From Octopus sinensis (lineage: Eukaryota), in contig NC_043011.1 in assembly GCF_006345805.1 (NCBI RefSeq), positions 27,540,464-27,604,463 of the forward strand: a stretch of 64,000 nt of DNA, read 5' to 3'. The translations under genes and the position numbers were made by a program. Within the stretch, counting starts at the first letter, position 1. Each line of letters opens with the position of its first letter. The notes under the pieces were generated by a model that did no database searches, was not told the origin of the DNA, and saw only the letters and a list, made by a program, of their open reading frames with translations. Positions 39,419 to 51,720 of this stretch are shown here, piece after piece.

Positions 39419-40055
39419 ATTAAAGTAAAAGTTTTTATTTTCCAATCACTTTCGGAATTACAACAATTGGTGGCTTGGAGTTTTAACTGCTCTTTCTAGC
39501 AAGTCAGATATCCTATTCTTTTGTGTTTTAACGTACACTGTATTCTTCTTTAAATAATATATAGTCTATTGACTAATTTTTTCTTTCTCGCTAGACCACT
39601 GGTAACTAAGAATTTTTCTATGAATATTCTTGCTACCCTAAGATTTTAATTAATGATAAAATGTTTATTGCATTAACAGTATGTGCTTTTATGATTATTA
39701 GTTCTCAGTTAGTAGTTATTATACAATAAATGATATCATACTAGAAAAAAAAAACGAAGCTGATAGGAGTATTCTTAAATTTATTTATCTATCTATTCCA
39801 TCAAAACTGCTTACTTCTGCAATGAAACGAAAATTGCTTATCTTGTTTTTTAATTAAAAGTTAATTTTGGGGAATGCCAATCAAAACTGTTTTATTGAAT
39901 ACATCTGGTGTTTTATCGATGTCTATAATATGAATGTAGTTGTTTCAATAATTTGTTTAATTCCAGATTCTATACTTAATCGCTAGTTTTACTTTAACGC
40001 ATTCTGTATAAATATCTAAATTAATTAATCGAATCACATACATACATATAGGTTC

Positions 40056-40104
<49 letters not shown>

Positions 40105-40406
40105 AGATAGATTGTTGTGTACTAGCAAAGTTAAAAAACATGGAAAAAAGATTTAATTATAATCTATATCAAGTTCTCATAATTTTAATGAATATTTCTA
40201 TAATTTTTTTTAATAATATTGTACTAGACTAATTGAATTTGAGAAATTCTATAGAAAATTTGGCTTTATTGTTTGGTTCTATAAAAAAACGTTTCGAAAG
40301 AATTATTGTTGTCTGGCTCTTACAGGAAATAATTTACAGTTAGCAATTGAAATATCTTGATGCTAACTCATATGACCGTTGGGGGTGGGGGGTCATATGA
40401 CAGTGT

Positions 40407-40477
40407 GGGCATATAGCGTAGTGGTTAAGAGCGCGGGCTACTAACCCCAAGATTCTGAGTTCGATTCCAAGCAGCGA

Positions 40478-40538
<61 letters not shown>

Positions 40539-40709
40539 TATTATTATCATTATTATAACATCAAAAAATACCTTAGGAATGAGAACCCAGGTTCGAAAAA
40601 TTTCCCCAAGACAGCCGAATTGTTGTGTCAACAACAAACAAGATGAGGACAAATATCCGTGAAATATAAATAATGTACATAATTCCTCATCTCTTAAATA
40701 TAGAACTGT
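40407..40709 (+). mobile_element. tRNA-derived SINE family E with internal (AAT)n
   Basis: A box TAGCGTAGTGG and B box GAGTTCGATTCC (40457-40468); its tail is shared with 37670-37741. Confidence 0.8.
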
Positions 40710-40774
40710 ATTAATTAAATATTATTTTACAGAATAATAAAATTAAAATTTCTTTGACTAAAACCCTTTCTAAC

Positions 40775-41118
40775 ATGGAAGTATCCAAAGAGCATTTGAG
40801 GTACATAATGCTTTATGTGTACAAAAAAGGAAACTCTGCAGCCGAAGCGACTCGAAACATGCACTCAGTTTATGGGAAAGAATGTTTGAATGAAAGAATT
40901 TGCAGAAGACGGTTTGCAAAAATCAGAAGTGGAGATTTCAACCTTGAAGATGAAGATCGATCAGGACGTGCAGTTGAGTTTGAAGATAAGCTCCTAGAGG
41001 CATTACTTGAAGAAAATCCTGCATCATCAGTTGAAGAATTGGCAATAAAGCTTACTTCAAATCATACAACTGTTAATCGTCATTTTCAACAACTTGGAAA
41101 GGTTCCTAAACTTGGAAA
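40775..41118 (+). pseudogene. Mariner transposase N-terminal HTH fragment
   Basis: MEVSKEHLRYIMLY..KKGNSAAEATRN...GDFNLEDEDRSGR..EF...LLEENP...ELA.KL...HTTV.RH..QLGKV.KLGK. Confidence 0.9.
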
Positions 41119-41129
41119 ATTTAGATTTA

Positions 41130-41670
41130 AATAAGAAAATTTACAAACGCTATAGAACACCCAACCATTGACTTGGCTATATTAATGTAGGTTCCTGCCA
41201 TCCTCCCATTATGTTTAAGAATTTAGCTAAAAACGTTAGCAAAATAATTTCTAGACTCTCCTCCGATATAAACATCTCTAATAGTATTGCCCTAATACAT
41301 AATAAAGCTCTAAAAAATGGTGGTTTTAGCGAGGAAATAACCTATAGAGCTGTTATTAGTGCAGAAATAAAGAGGAAGAAGAATGGGAACAGGAAGATTA
41401 TCTGGTTCACAACACCTTACTTCCCCGAAGTGACCTTTAGTAGAGGTAGATGTTTTTATTACTTATAGATAGGCATTTTCCAATCAATAATTATTATAGG
41501 AGGCTCGTTAATAGACATAATATAAAAATTAGTTTTAGTTCTATTAATAACTTTAAAAATATAATTGCACACAATACACAAAAACAACAAAATGAAGTCG
41601 GTTATTCCTGCACAGTTAAAAATTTGTGTCCGCTAAATGGAGCTTGTATGACCGAGGCCATAGTTTATGA
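41130..41670 (+). mobile_element. Penelope-like (Neptune-type) fragment, RT-EN linker
   Basis: YINVGSCHPP, RKIIWF.TPY, IDRHFP...NRHNIKISFSS...KNII and C.VKNLCPLNGACMTEAIVY. Confidence 0.75.
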
Positions 41671-42720
41671 ATGTGTGTGTACGTGTGTGTGCGTGGACTT
41701 GTGTGTGGGGCTGTCTTGGAGCAGATGTGCGTTACTCTGTGTGCATGTGTGGGTGTATGTGCGTGTGTGTGTATGTGTGTGCGTGTGAGCGTGTGTACAT
41801 GTGTTTCTGTATGTGGATGTGTGTACGTGTGTGCGTGGGGTTGTGAGTATTAGGTATGTGAGCATTCGTGTGTATGTGTGCTCATGTGTGTGAGTGAGTG
41901 TGTGGATATGTGTGTATGAGTGTGTGCGTGTGTGTATGTATGTGTGCATGTATGTATATATTATGTGAGCGTGTGTGTGCGTGTATGTGTATGTATGTGT
42001 GTGCATGTGTGCGCGTGCGTGTGTGTGTGTGCCTGCGTGTGTATTTGTGTATATGTGTGTGTGCGTCTGTGTATGTATGTGTGTGCGTATATGTATATAT
42101 TGCGTGTGTGTGTATGTGTATGTATATGTGCGTATATTTGTGTGTATGTGTGAGTTTCTTTATGCGTGTGTGCGTGGAGCTGTGTGGGGAGTTGTGTGGA
42201 GGTATATGTTGTTCCTGTGTGTGCGTGTGCTTACATGCGTGTGTACTTATGTTTATGTGTGTATAATTGTGTGCGTGTATGTGTGTGTGTTGTGTGTGTA
42301 GGACGTATGTGTGTGTACATGTGCGAGTGTGTGTATGTATCTGTGTGTATATGTGTGTGTGTGTGTATGTGCATGTATTTATGTGTGTGCACGTGCGTGT
42401 GTATGAGCGTATGTGCATGTGTGTGCCTTGTGTGTGCGTGTTGTGTGTGTGGTGTGTGAGGGAGGTGTATCTGCATGGATGTGTGTGCGCGTAGGTGTAT
42501 GAGTGTGTATATAGGCATGTGTGTATGCGCGTGTATACGCATGTGTACGTGTGTATATGCGTGTGTGTATGTGTGTATGTGTGTATGTAATTTGTGTGTA
42601 TGTGCATGTATGTGTGTTGTATGTGTGTTGGAGGTATATGTGCGTTCACGTGTGTGCACGGGTGCGTGTATTTTTTCGTGTGTGTATATGCCCGTGTATG
42701 TGTATATGTGTGCGTGTATA
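41670..42720. repeat. ~1 kb degenerate (TG/TA/TGCG) low-complexity tract
   Basis: Directly visible; source of many spurious ORFs. Confidence 0.9.
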
Positions 42721-42789
42721 TGGAAATAAAATAAAATGTAATGAATTATAATAAAAAAGGTTGATAGGGGATAAAGAAGTTAATATAAA

Positions 42790-43870
42790 ATGGCGCAATA
42801 AAAAACAAAAATGTAATAAAGTGCTTTCTTGCAGGAGGTTGTAGAGACAGTCATTTGGAGGAGGGGGTTGTGTTTTGTCCGAAGAGCATAGTTGTTCCAG
42901 GCGGATTCGCGAGTGTGCGGATCCGTGATGCGGAGTGAGGCCAAAGACGGAGATGTTAGAGGGGGAGTGGTTGACTAAGCGGAAGTGACGGGCAACAGGG
43001 ATGTTCGAACGCAGCCGAAAACCCCTTAGATGTTCGGTGAACCGGTCAGCCAATCAGCGATCCGTTTGATCTACATATAGATTACCGCAGAGGTTGCATC
43101 TAATATAGTATATGAGGCTAGAAGAGGTGCAAGAGAAAGAATTTCTGATGTGAAGAATATGCTGGTTGGAACCAGGTAGTGTTGGTGATGAAGGGACAGG
43201 TGTGGCAGCGGGATCAGGAACACAGGAAGGATCCAGGTGGGGCTGGGGGGAAAAGGAGAAGATGCTACGGACCAGTAGATCGCGTAAGTTCCCGGCGCTT
43301 TTAAAGGAGGACATGGGTGGGCTGGGAAAAATGGAACGGGTGGTGGAATCGAGCTGGAGACGACGGAAGGCCCGTAGGATGCTCCGACGAAGGGGTAGGG
43401 TTGAGGGGTGGAAAAGGAGGAGAAAGTGGGTGCAGTTAGGGGATTTGTATGGGGGAGGAGAGAGGGTGGTGGTGCCATGGATTCGACGAGCGCGTGCACG
43501 TGCGGTTTGGACAAAGGTTGAAGGGTATACTCGATGCATGAATAGGCGGTCAAGGAGGTATTGGGACTGGGTCTTGAAATCCTGGTCCCGGCTGCACAAG
43601 CATCGGAGGCGGAGGAACTGTGAGTAGAGGATGGCCCGTTTGGTGTGGAAGGGATGGGAGAAGTTGAGGTAGCGGTGGGAATCTGTGGGTTTGAAGAAGG
43701 CGGAGGTGGTGAGAGAGTGGGAGGGGAGGTCAATGCTAAGAGAGATATCAAGGAAGTTAACCGAGATGTTAGAGATGGTAGAAATAAATTGGAGAGAGGG
43801 GTGGAAGTTAGAAAGGAAAGAAATGAAGTGGGAGAGTTGTTGACGGGAGAGGGAGTTGGCACCTATACAG
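42790..43870 (-). mobile_element. Penelope-like element fragment: RT thumb and GIY-YIG endonuclease
   Basis: NFHPSLQF...VNFLDISL...FKPTDSH.YL; FSCTSSSLIYYIRCNLCGNLYV.QT.R.LADRFTEHLR; PVARHF. Confidence 0.85.
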
Positions 43871-45441
43871 TTGTCTATGTAGCGATTAGAGGTTCAATAC
43901 CTAGTAATTTTTTTTTGTGTGTGCTTGTGTTTGCGCGTGTGTGTGTATGTATATGTGCATATATGTGTGTGTGTGTGTGTGCGTACGTGAGTGTGTGTGT
44001 GTATATGTAAACGCATACACACATCCTCATATATATCCGACTCGTGTTATGCGAACGACTTATGCCAACAATATACACGATGCCAGTCCATTTTCATATT
44101 GCCTTCGTTATAATCCTCGTATCTGTCTATCGGCCCTTATGTCTGTCTACTTGTCTGTCTGTCTGTCTCTATCTATTTATCTATGTATCTGTCTATGTGT
44201 TTGCATGTGCATGTGGGTGTGTTTGTTTTAGTGTGTATGTCACTGTGTGCATATATATATGTGCATAGGTATGTACTTGTGTATGTATGTCTATCTTAGC
44301 AATCACAAAAATAGTTATAAATGAGAATATACTTCTACTTCGGAATACTAGGTTGAAATCAAGTATGGAGATTGGATATACAAATGGTGGATTGCATTGG
44401 ATTAGTATGTGGTTTTGAATAGAATAATATAAGACTAATATGGATGTGAGTGATAAACGAAACACAGGCCTTAACATGTCGGAGATTTCAGCTGCGTACG
44501 TCGAGTGTAAATGGCTGAAGCATGTTACAGAGTGAATACCAAATCTTTCTTAAATGACGGATGAATGCACGTTGCCATTATAAACTCTACTGACTCGCTG
44601 GTAAACCAAAAAAGAAAAGAAATAAACGGACAGAACATACTTGTATTCATTAAATTAACATTGAGAAAAATTTATAGTCCCGGTGAATCTACTCTTTGTA
44701 CAATTTGTGTAGGCAAATTGGTTACATTTAAGGATAAACTCGGAAATATTTTCGGCTTTTATTGGTGGGATAATGAAAGCGGCTTTTTATGAATGTGGAC
44801 TTATACAACATCACTAGATGGATAGAAAATCTACTCTCCACGGCTTAGCCTGACCAATCACAAAAGCTGCGCCAATAATCAGAATACGTGTATGAGCAAT
44901 TTGAAATGTAGTTATTCACTTTGTGTCTTCATCAAGAACATTATTGATGGAAACACCAGTATCATGTACATCATGGTTATTAGTGTTAGCAACGTGCGCA
45001 ATAGTCGTGGTAGAGGTGACGATATTAGCACAATACAAGAATACTTCCTACACTACAGGACAAACATAATTTCCAGGCATTACCAAAGGCACGCCCATAT
45101 AGGTAGAGTTTGCATATACATACACGCACACCAACACACAAACGCGCATATATATATATATATATATATATGTATGCATAATCATATATGATTATATATG
45201 CGTATACGTGTGTGTGCATATATATATAAGCATACACACACACATATATATATATATACATTTCTACACACACCTACATAAACACGCGTGCACACACATG
45301 CGAACACTGACACGTACACACGCGTATGCAGAATCACACACCTATATAATGTTGGTATAGCCATTATACACATTTATGCACACACACGTTGCAAATAATG
45401 ACTATGTTTAAATAATCCCCATGCACACATTTAATGAAGAA

Positions 45442-45490
<49 letters not shown>

Positions 45491-45647
45491 ATATATATAT
45501 ATATATACATACATATATATATACATACATATATATGCATATATATATATACACTTACATATACATACATATATACATATGCATACACATTTATATCATG
45601 TATTTATATTTTTATATAGACATCTCTCTTTCCCTCACTTTGTGTGA

Positions 45648-45698
<51 letters not shown>

Positions 45699-45741
45699 CA
45701 TACATACATATACACAGACATATACATACACAACATACATT

Positions 45742-45787
<46 letters not shown>

Positions 45788-46247
45788 CATATACATACAC
45801 ATACATTTAAATATATATATACAAACGTATACTTACACACACATACACACACACACACATATATATATACATACATACACATATAGAGACACAAACCATC
45901 TCTCGGCGTTATAGACGTGCCATGCCATACCAAATCAAGTTTGCCAATATGAAAATACTAGCCAGGGAAGTCCCGCTTTTGACTTTGTTTGCAAACTACT
46001 TAATTGCAACTGCAGCTATGTAATGAATGAGCGTTATTATTAAATGCTTTATGTACATTGTCGTATGTTACGTAGTACCAGTATTTTATCAAGCGATTAG
46101 CGGTAAACGTTTATTCATTGAAGAGATAAGCATATGCTTTCCTTTTGACGAGTGACCATTAGTAATTTGATACAATAATGAAAAAAAATGAAAAATAAAA
46201 TTTTGCACTGTATTAAAAAAATGACTGTATAGTTCAGCATGTATAGT

Positions 46248-46582
46248 GAAGGCGCATGGCTCAGTGGTTAGAGCGTCGAGCTTACGATCGTGAGGTTGTG
46301 AGCTCGAATCCCAGACCGGGCTGCGTGTTGTGTTCTTGAGCAAGGCACTTTATTTCACGTTGCTCCAGTTCACTCAGCTGTAGAAATGAGTTGCGACGTC
46401 ACTGGTGCCAAGCTGTATCGACCTTTGTCTTTCCCTTGGATAACACTGGTGACGTGAAGAGGAGAGGCCGGTATGCATGGGCGACTGCTGGTCTTCCATA
46501 AACAACCTTGCCCGGACTTGTGTCTAGGAGGGTAACTTTCTAGGTGCAATCCCATGGTCATTCGTGACCGAAGGGGGTCTTT
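46248..46582 (+). mobile_element. tRNA-derived SINE family C, full length
   Basis: GAAGGCGCATGGCTCAGTGGTTAGAGCGTCG...GCTCGAATCCC; near-identical to 55099-55433. Confidence 0.9.
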
Positions 46583-46699
46583 ATAGTTCAGCATAGTCTA
46601 GCCTACATTAGTAGTTCGATTCCTGATTGAGCTATTAAATTTCAGGTTTTTGTTGTTGTTGTTGTTGTGATCCTTTGTACAGAAGCAGAGATGATTTAT

Positions 46700-46930
46700 C
46701 TATTCGAAACTGTTCCCTACCTTGGCGTTCCAATCTCCCACCAAGATAATGACATCTCTCCGTAGAGCATTGCCCAGTGTCTGCTGAACAACATCATAGA
46801 AATCCTGAATTTCTTCTTCACTAGCTTCACTCGTTGGTGCGTAAACCTGGATGAGTGTAGTGTTTAGAGGGTGACCCCTCAGCCGTATGGTGACGATTCT
46901 GTCATTTACATTGTCTCTGAGATCGGCGAG
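46700..46930 (-). mobile_element. RTE LINE APE endonuclease fragment
   Basis: NDRIVTIRLRGHPLNTTLIQVYAPTSEASEEEIQDFY...IILVGDWNAKVG. Confidence 0.85.
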
Positions 46931-47204
46931 CGGCCTTATTCTTTGTATGTAGCAGCAATGCATAAAGATCACAATGTATCCTCAATGTTAGATAACCAAC
47001 TGTAAGGCAACTAAATAACACAGATGGTTGCGTGCAATCGTGTAAAAGATTAGGCACATTACCCGAGTGCAAGTACAGCATATCTAACGAGCTTCCGCAC
47101 AAATTCTAACATGTATTGAATGTTTATGAAGCTATGGCGTGATTGACTTGTGCAATGTATTGCATCAAATTATGAGGTCAAACCTAGAACCACGTGTATG
47201 TATG

Positions 47205-47628
47205 TATCTATCTTATGTTTTATTGCCCACAAGGAGCTACACACAGAGGGGACAAACAAGGACAGACAAACGGACTGAGTCGATTACATCGACCCCAGTA
47301 CATAACTGATACTTATTCAATCCACCCCGAAAGAATGAAAGGCAAAGTCGACCTCGGCAGAATTTAAACTGTGAACGTAGTGGCAGACGAAATACCTATT
47401 TCTTTACCTACCACGAGGGGCTAATCACACAGGGGACAAACAAGGACAGACACACGGAATAAGTCGATTACATCAACCCCAATGCGTAACTGGTACTTAA
47501 TTTATCGACTCTGAAAGGATGAAAGGCAAAGTCGACCTCGGCGGAATTAGAATTCAGAACGTAACGGCAGACGAAATACTGCTACGCATTTCGCCCGGCG
47601 TGCTAACGTTTCTGCCAGCTCGCCGCCT
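47205..47628 (-). mobile_element. Tandem SINE family A copies
   Basis: Reverse-complement family A body repeated, joined at GAAATAGGTATTTCGTCTGCC. Confidence 0.8.
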
Positions 47629-47636
47629 TATGTATG

Positions 47637-47670
<34 letters not shown>

Positions 47671-47722
47671 TGTATGTATGTATGTATGTATGTATGTATG
47701 TATGCATGTATGTATGTATGTA

Positions 47723-47976
47723 GTGTTAGCCAAAAGTCACCCGACAGTAAATCAAAATTCCATAAATACTTAATATTCAATTTCATATATTCATTCCAAT
47801 TATGAATGTTTAAAAATTGAATACTGTGAGTTAAAATCACAGTTTCTTTTCAACATTTTCTGTTTATTCAACATCTTTTCTGTTTATTAGCGAAGTCTCA
47901 TTCAGTTGTTAAACATAAATTAATCTTGGAATTAAATGGTTTCGATTTACTGTCAGGTGACTTTTGGCTAACCCTG
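47723..47976. mobile_element. Tc1/mariner-type MITE
   Basis: TIRs GTTAGCCAAAAGTCACCCGACAGTAAATC / GATTTACTGTCAGGTGACTTTTGGCTAACCCTG, followed by TA. Confidence 0.75.
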
Positions 47977-48373
47977 TATACATATATTAGATCAGGATTC
48001 AAGCAAATCAGGCACTTAAATAGTAAGGTACCAGGCCGGATCGAAAAGTAAAATGTGTCCACAACAAAAATATACGCGGATACCAAAGTAAAGCTAGGAA
48101 GATATTCAGGTTGTGTATACGATTAACTGTACCTAACTGACTATATCAATAGCCCTGAGGTTGTTCATGAAACGCACATGTCACTGAATGTACAGTTCAT
48201 AAAATACGTAGGTTCTACGCAAGAAGCAGGTTCCGAGCGAAGTGAATGATAATTAAATAACAACAGAGGGATAATGTGTCAATCCACCACAGCTGTTTGC
48301 AACGAATTATTAAATGTTATCAGAAAAATTTAATTTCTAAATCTCTCATAGAAATATGTACGGTGGTGAAGCG

Positions 48374-48627
48374 ATAGAATGGTTGTATACTGTCAATCTA
48401 ACGTGAACGTGACAGTAGGGGGTTACATCACCGCTGTTTAGCCCTAGGAAGCATCGACGCCTCCTGATGGCTCGTGAACGTGACAGTAGGGGGTTACCCC
48501 ACCGCTGTTTAGCCCTAGGAAGCATCGACGCCATCAGGAGGCGTCGATGCTTCCTAGGGCTAAACAGCGGTGATGTAACCCCCAACTGTCACGTTCACGT
48601 TAGATTGACAGTATACAACCATTCTAT
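48374..48627. repeat. 97-bp inverted repeat whose 60-bp spacer is a direct copy of the arm
   Basis: 48374-48470 versus 48531-48627 with one mismatch; the spacer repeats 48402-48459. Confidence 0.95.
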
Positions 48628-48767
48628 TAAATGAAGATATTACATCGTTAGGAAAAATCGTTTTCTTCAGGTAAATACAGGATGTTTGCCTCTCCCCAGA
48701 TTCTACTACATACATTCTACTACGTACATTTCTATTACTCTTCCTCCTGCAGCTGCTGCTGCTGCTA

Positions 48768-48800
<33 letters not shown>

Positions 48801-51014
48801 TTGCCGCTGCTGCCGCTGTTGCCGCTGCCCCTGCCGCTGTTGCTGCTAAAATGGTTTCAGCTGTTCCTTTCCTGGGTTTTCGTTTATTTATGTTTTTTTT
48901 ATTTTATGTTTTTCATTTGTTCTTTCATTCTTCCAAACGTATCTCCCTTCAACAGGGCATAGAGTCTCCCACTATGCAGTAACCATAATACATCCACTTG
49001 TTTGCTGTCAGCGAATTCTATTTTCTTGTAAGCATCCGGAGCAAGCATATAGGAATGAAGCATACACCCAATTTATTGCCCCTAATTTGGTAACTAATTT
49101 TTTGTACTAAGAATTGCATACTGGTGAGATCATGGTGGAACACTACATATCTAATGTGACCTACTAAGAGAGTGTGCCGTCAGACCATTTGAAGGGGAAG
49201 GGTGAAGTCATTGAATGGGGGTACATCGGTATTCTACTTCAAACTTGTTAGTGCATTTATGTTGCTGATACCTTACATGTTGTGACATAATTTGATGCAT
49301 CTGTAGGGTTTAAACTACGTATATAAGTTTTGATGCTTTATATGTACACACATGACGGTGTTACATTTTTGTGAATATACATCGTAAAAACATTGTGGTT
49401 TCTTTCCATCTTGTCCGTACAGAAGATGCACATCTTGATATGTGATTTTCTAATCTGCCAAGTTACTTGTAAGATGTGTTTCTGTCAGTGTTTATGCATA
49501 TTACTTCGTTGCATACATAAACATTCCTTATGTGATTAATTTTATTCAATATACTCTGATGCAAAATACTCCTGATATTTGCCAGTATATCTCGTATTGC
49601 ATGTGAGGTAATGTCTAAGGTGGCCCTCCTGGGTTTTGTTAGTTGAAGCTACTTTATGTGTTGTTCTAGGTAGCCCTTCTTTGTACGAGGTCAGCGATTC
49701 TGCTATCGTCTGAACTAAGCGAAAAATATTCATTGCTTCTAAATCTCTACATTTGTTCTATCAAGGTAAACTGTTCCATGTTGGGGACGTGTAGTCTCTG
49801 GCTTTATGTGTCGGACAATGGAATGTATGAGCATCTGTCGTTCAAACTATCCATTTTTGTTGTGACGCTCTCACAACGTTTGCTGAGGCATGTGTACTTT
49901 TCCTTTTCTTTTATATGTAACCTTTCTTACAGGCTTTGAGCTTTCCCCTTGTCAATATTATTTATGACATTCCGTCCATAACCTCTTAGATGACTATTCA
50001 GTTCTAATGCAGATCTCTAGGATTTGAAGCATAGATGACAAACGAAAGTTGTAACTTCCACTGGATCGATCAGATCATTTGGAGAAATATGAACCCTGTG
50101 AACCACCGTAATCAACTTGCAGGTCATTTGGTACGCTACACTGGTGGAATCACCAGGTCTTGGAGGAATGATGTTAAATACAGTTGATCATTCATAGGAC
50201 CTGAGATAGTTGATATACCAAGTTAAAATTACAAGAAACTTGAAGAAATGTGTGGAGATAGTATTGACCCAGAGGAGTGCGGGTGGAATTCAAAGAATTG
50301 TCACCAGTAGTGGATCTAATAGAAATTGAACCATTGATGAAGTACTATTAAAAGGAAAATAAGTATGTTAAATTGACAGAAAAAAGAAAAGAAAAACAAA
50401 GGAAAAAAGAAAAAGGAGGAAACAACAAGGAAAAAAAAGAGTAAAGTGTTTTACGTTATGTTTAAAAAATATTGAAAAGTAGAACAATTGTAGATAACGT
50501 ATATAATGGTTCAAATACTTGCACTGGTATGTAACATGATAATTAATTGTTATGTAAATACATGATAATAATGGACTGTATAAAAGAAGATTAATGGTAC
50601 TGAATGTGATGAGGGGCGCATGCAGCCATTCTTAACCTCATTGTTACATAATAATCTCATTAATATTCGTTTTATGTATTGTCCCCTCTGTGGTGTCCTG
50701 TCTGTATTTGTTTGTCTCCCTCTATTTTGGCCCCGTGTGGCAAATAAAGAAACGAGTTGGTATACCCAGCCTTGAAGAGGAGTACATGGCCACATGTTTC
50801 ACACTTCCAACATTTTATGCTGTCAATAGGTACATAAAGAACGGCGACGAGCCGGCAAAATTGTCAGCAAAAAGCATGGCAAGCAAGAGGCATTATGATG
50901 CACTCAAGCTTTCCGTTTGCGGAATCAATGCCTATTTAGATTATTGTGACTAGATTACTTATGGATGATGCATAATTAGGGAAGATTTAGATGGAATGAC
51001 GGATCGTGTCAGCT

Positions 51015-51423
51015 GTTCTTCGAAGTGACGACAAGTGGATGGAAGCACTCCGTCGGTTATGACGATGAGGGTTCCGGTTGATCCGAATCAACGGAACAGC
51101 CTGCTCGTGAAATTAACGTGTAAGTGGCTGAGCACTCCACAGACACGTGCACCCTTAACGTAGTTCTCGGGGATATTCAGCGTGACACAGAGAGTGACAA
51201 GGCCGGCCCCTTGAAATACAGGTACAACAGAAACAGGAAGTAAGAGTGAGAGAAAGTTGTGGTGAAAGAGTACAGCAGGGATCACCACCATCCCCTGCCG
51301 GAGCACGTGGAGCTTTTAGGTGTTTTCGCTCAATAAACACTCACAACGCCCGGTCTGGGAATCGAAACCGCAATCCTATGACCGCTAGTCCGCTGCCCTA
51401 ACCACTGGGCCATTGCGCCTCCA
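51015..51423 (-). mobile_element. SINE family B, full length
   Basis: Reverse complement closely matches 57243-57627. Confidence 0.9.
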
Positions 51424-51424
51424 C

Positions 51425-51720
51425 TGATGACAAGTAGGCCATTGATATATAGAAAGAAGAAAGTGCCCCAGGGAATCAACTAGGGTTGATTTAGTGTGGG
51501 GAGGAAGAGCTCTGTCAACACGTCTCTCGAGGGTGCGATCTGAAATGAAGCTACTGATCCAAAGCACGAGAGAAAGGTGGAACCTGTTGGCAGCATGTTT
51601 AGATGGGAGCTTTGATTGTCAGGCACGATCTAAGACTTAGCTGATGTCTAGAGCAGCAAGATTCCCTTCGTTACAGCATGAGTCCAGTAATGAGTGGGAT
51701 TCGGAATCTCGGCATGGTCT
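51425..51720 (-). mobile_element. CR1/Jockey-group LINE RT fragment
   Basis: LAALDISK..DR, LWISSFISDRTL, VPQG-like and FLLYINGL(L) segments across frameshifts. Confidence 0.65.

Noticed and set aside
44850-45975. Double CCAAT motif (~44853-44878) and kB-like GGGAAGTCCC (45965-45974)
   Set aside because: Short motifs expected by chance in 64 kb; no supporting gene context.
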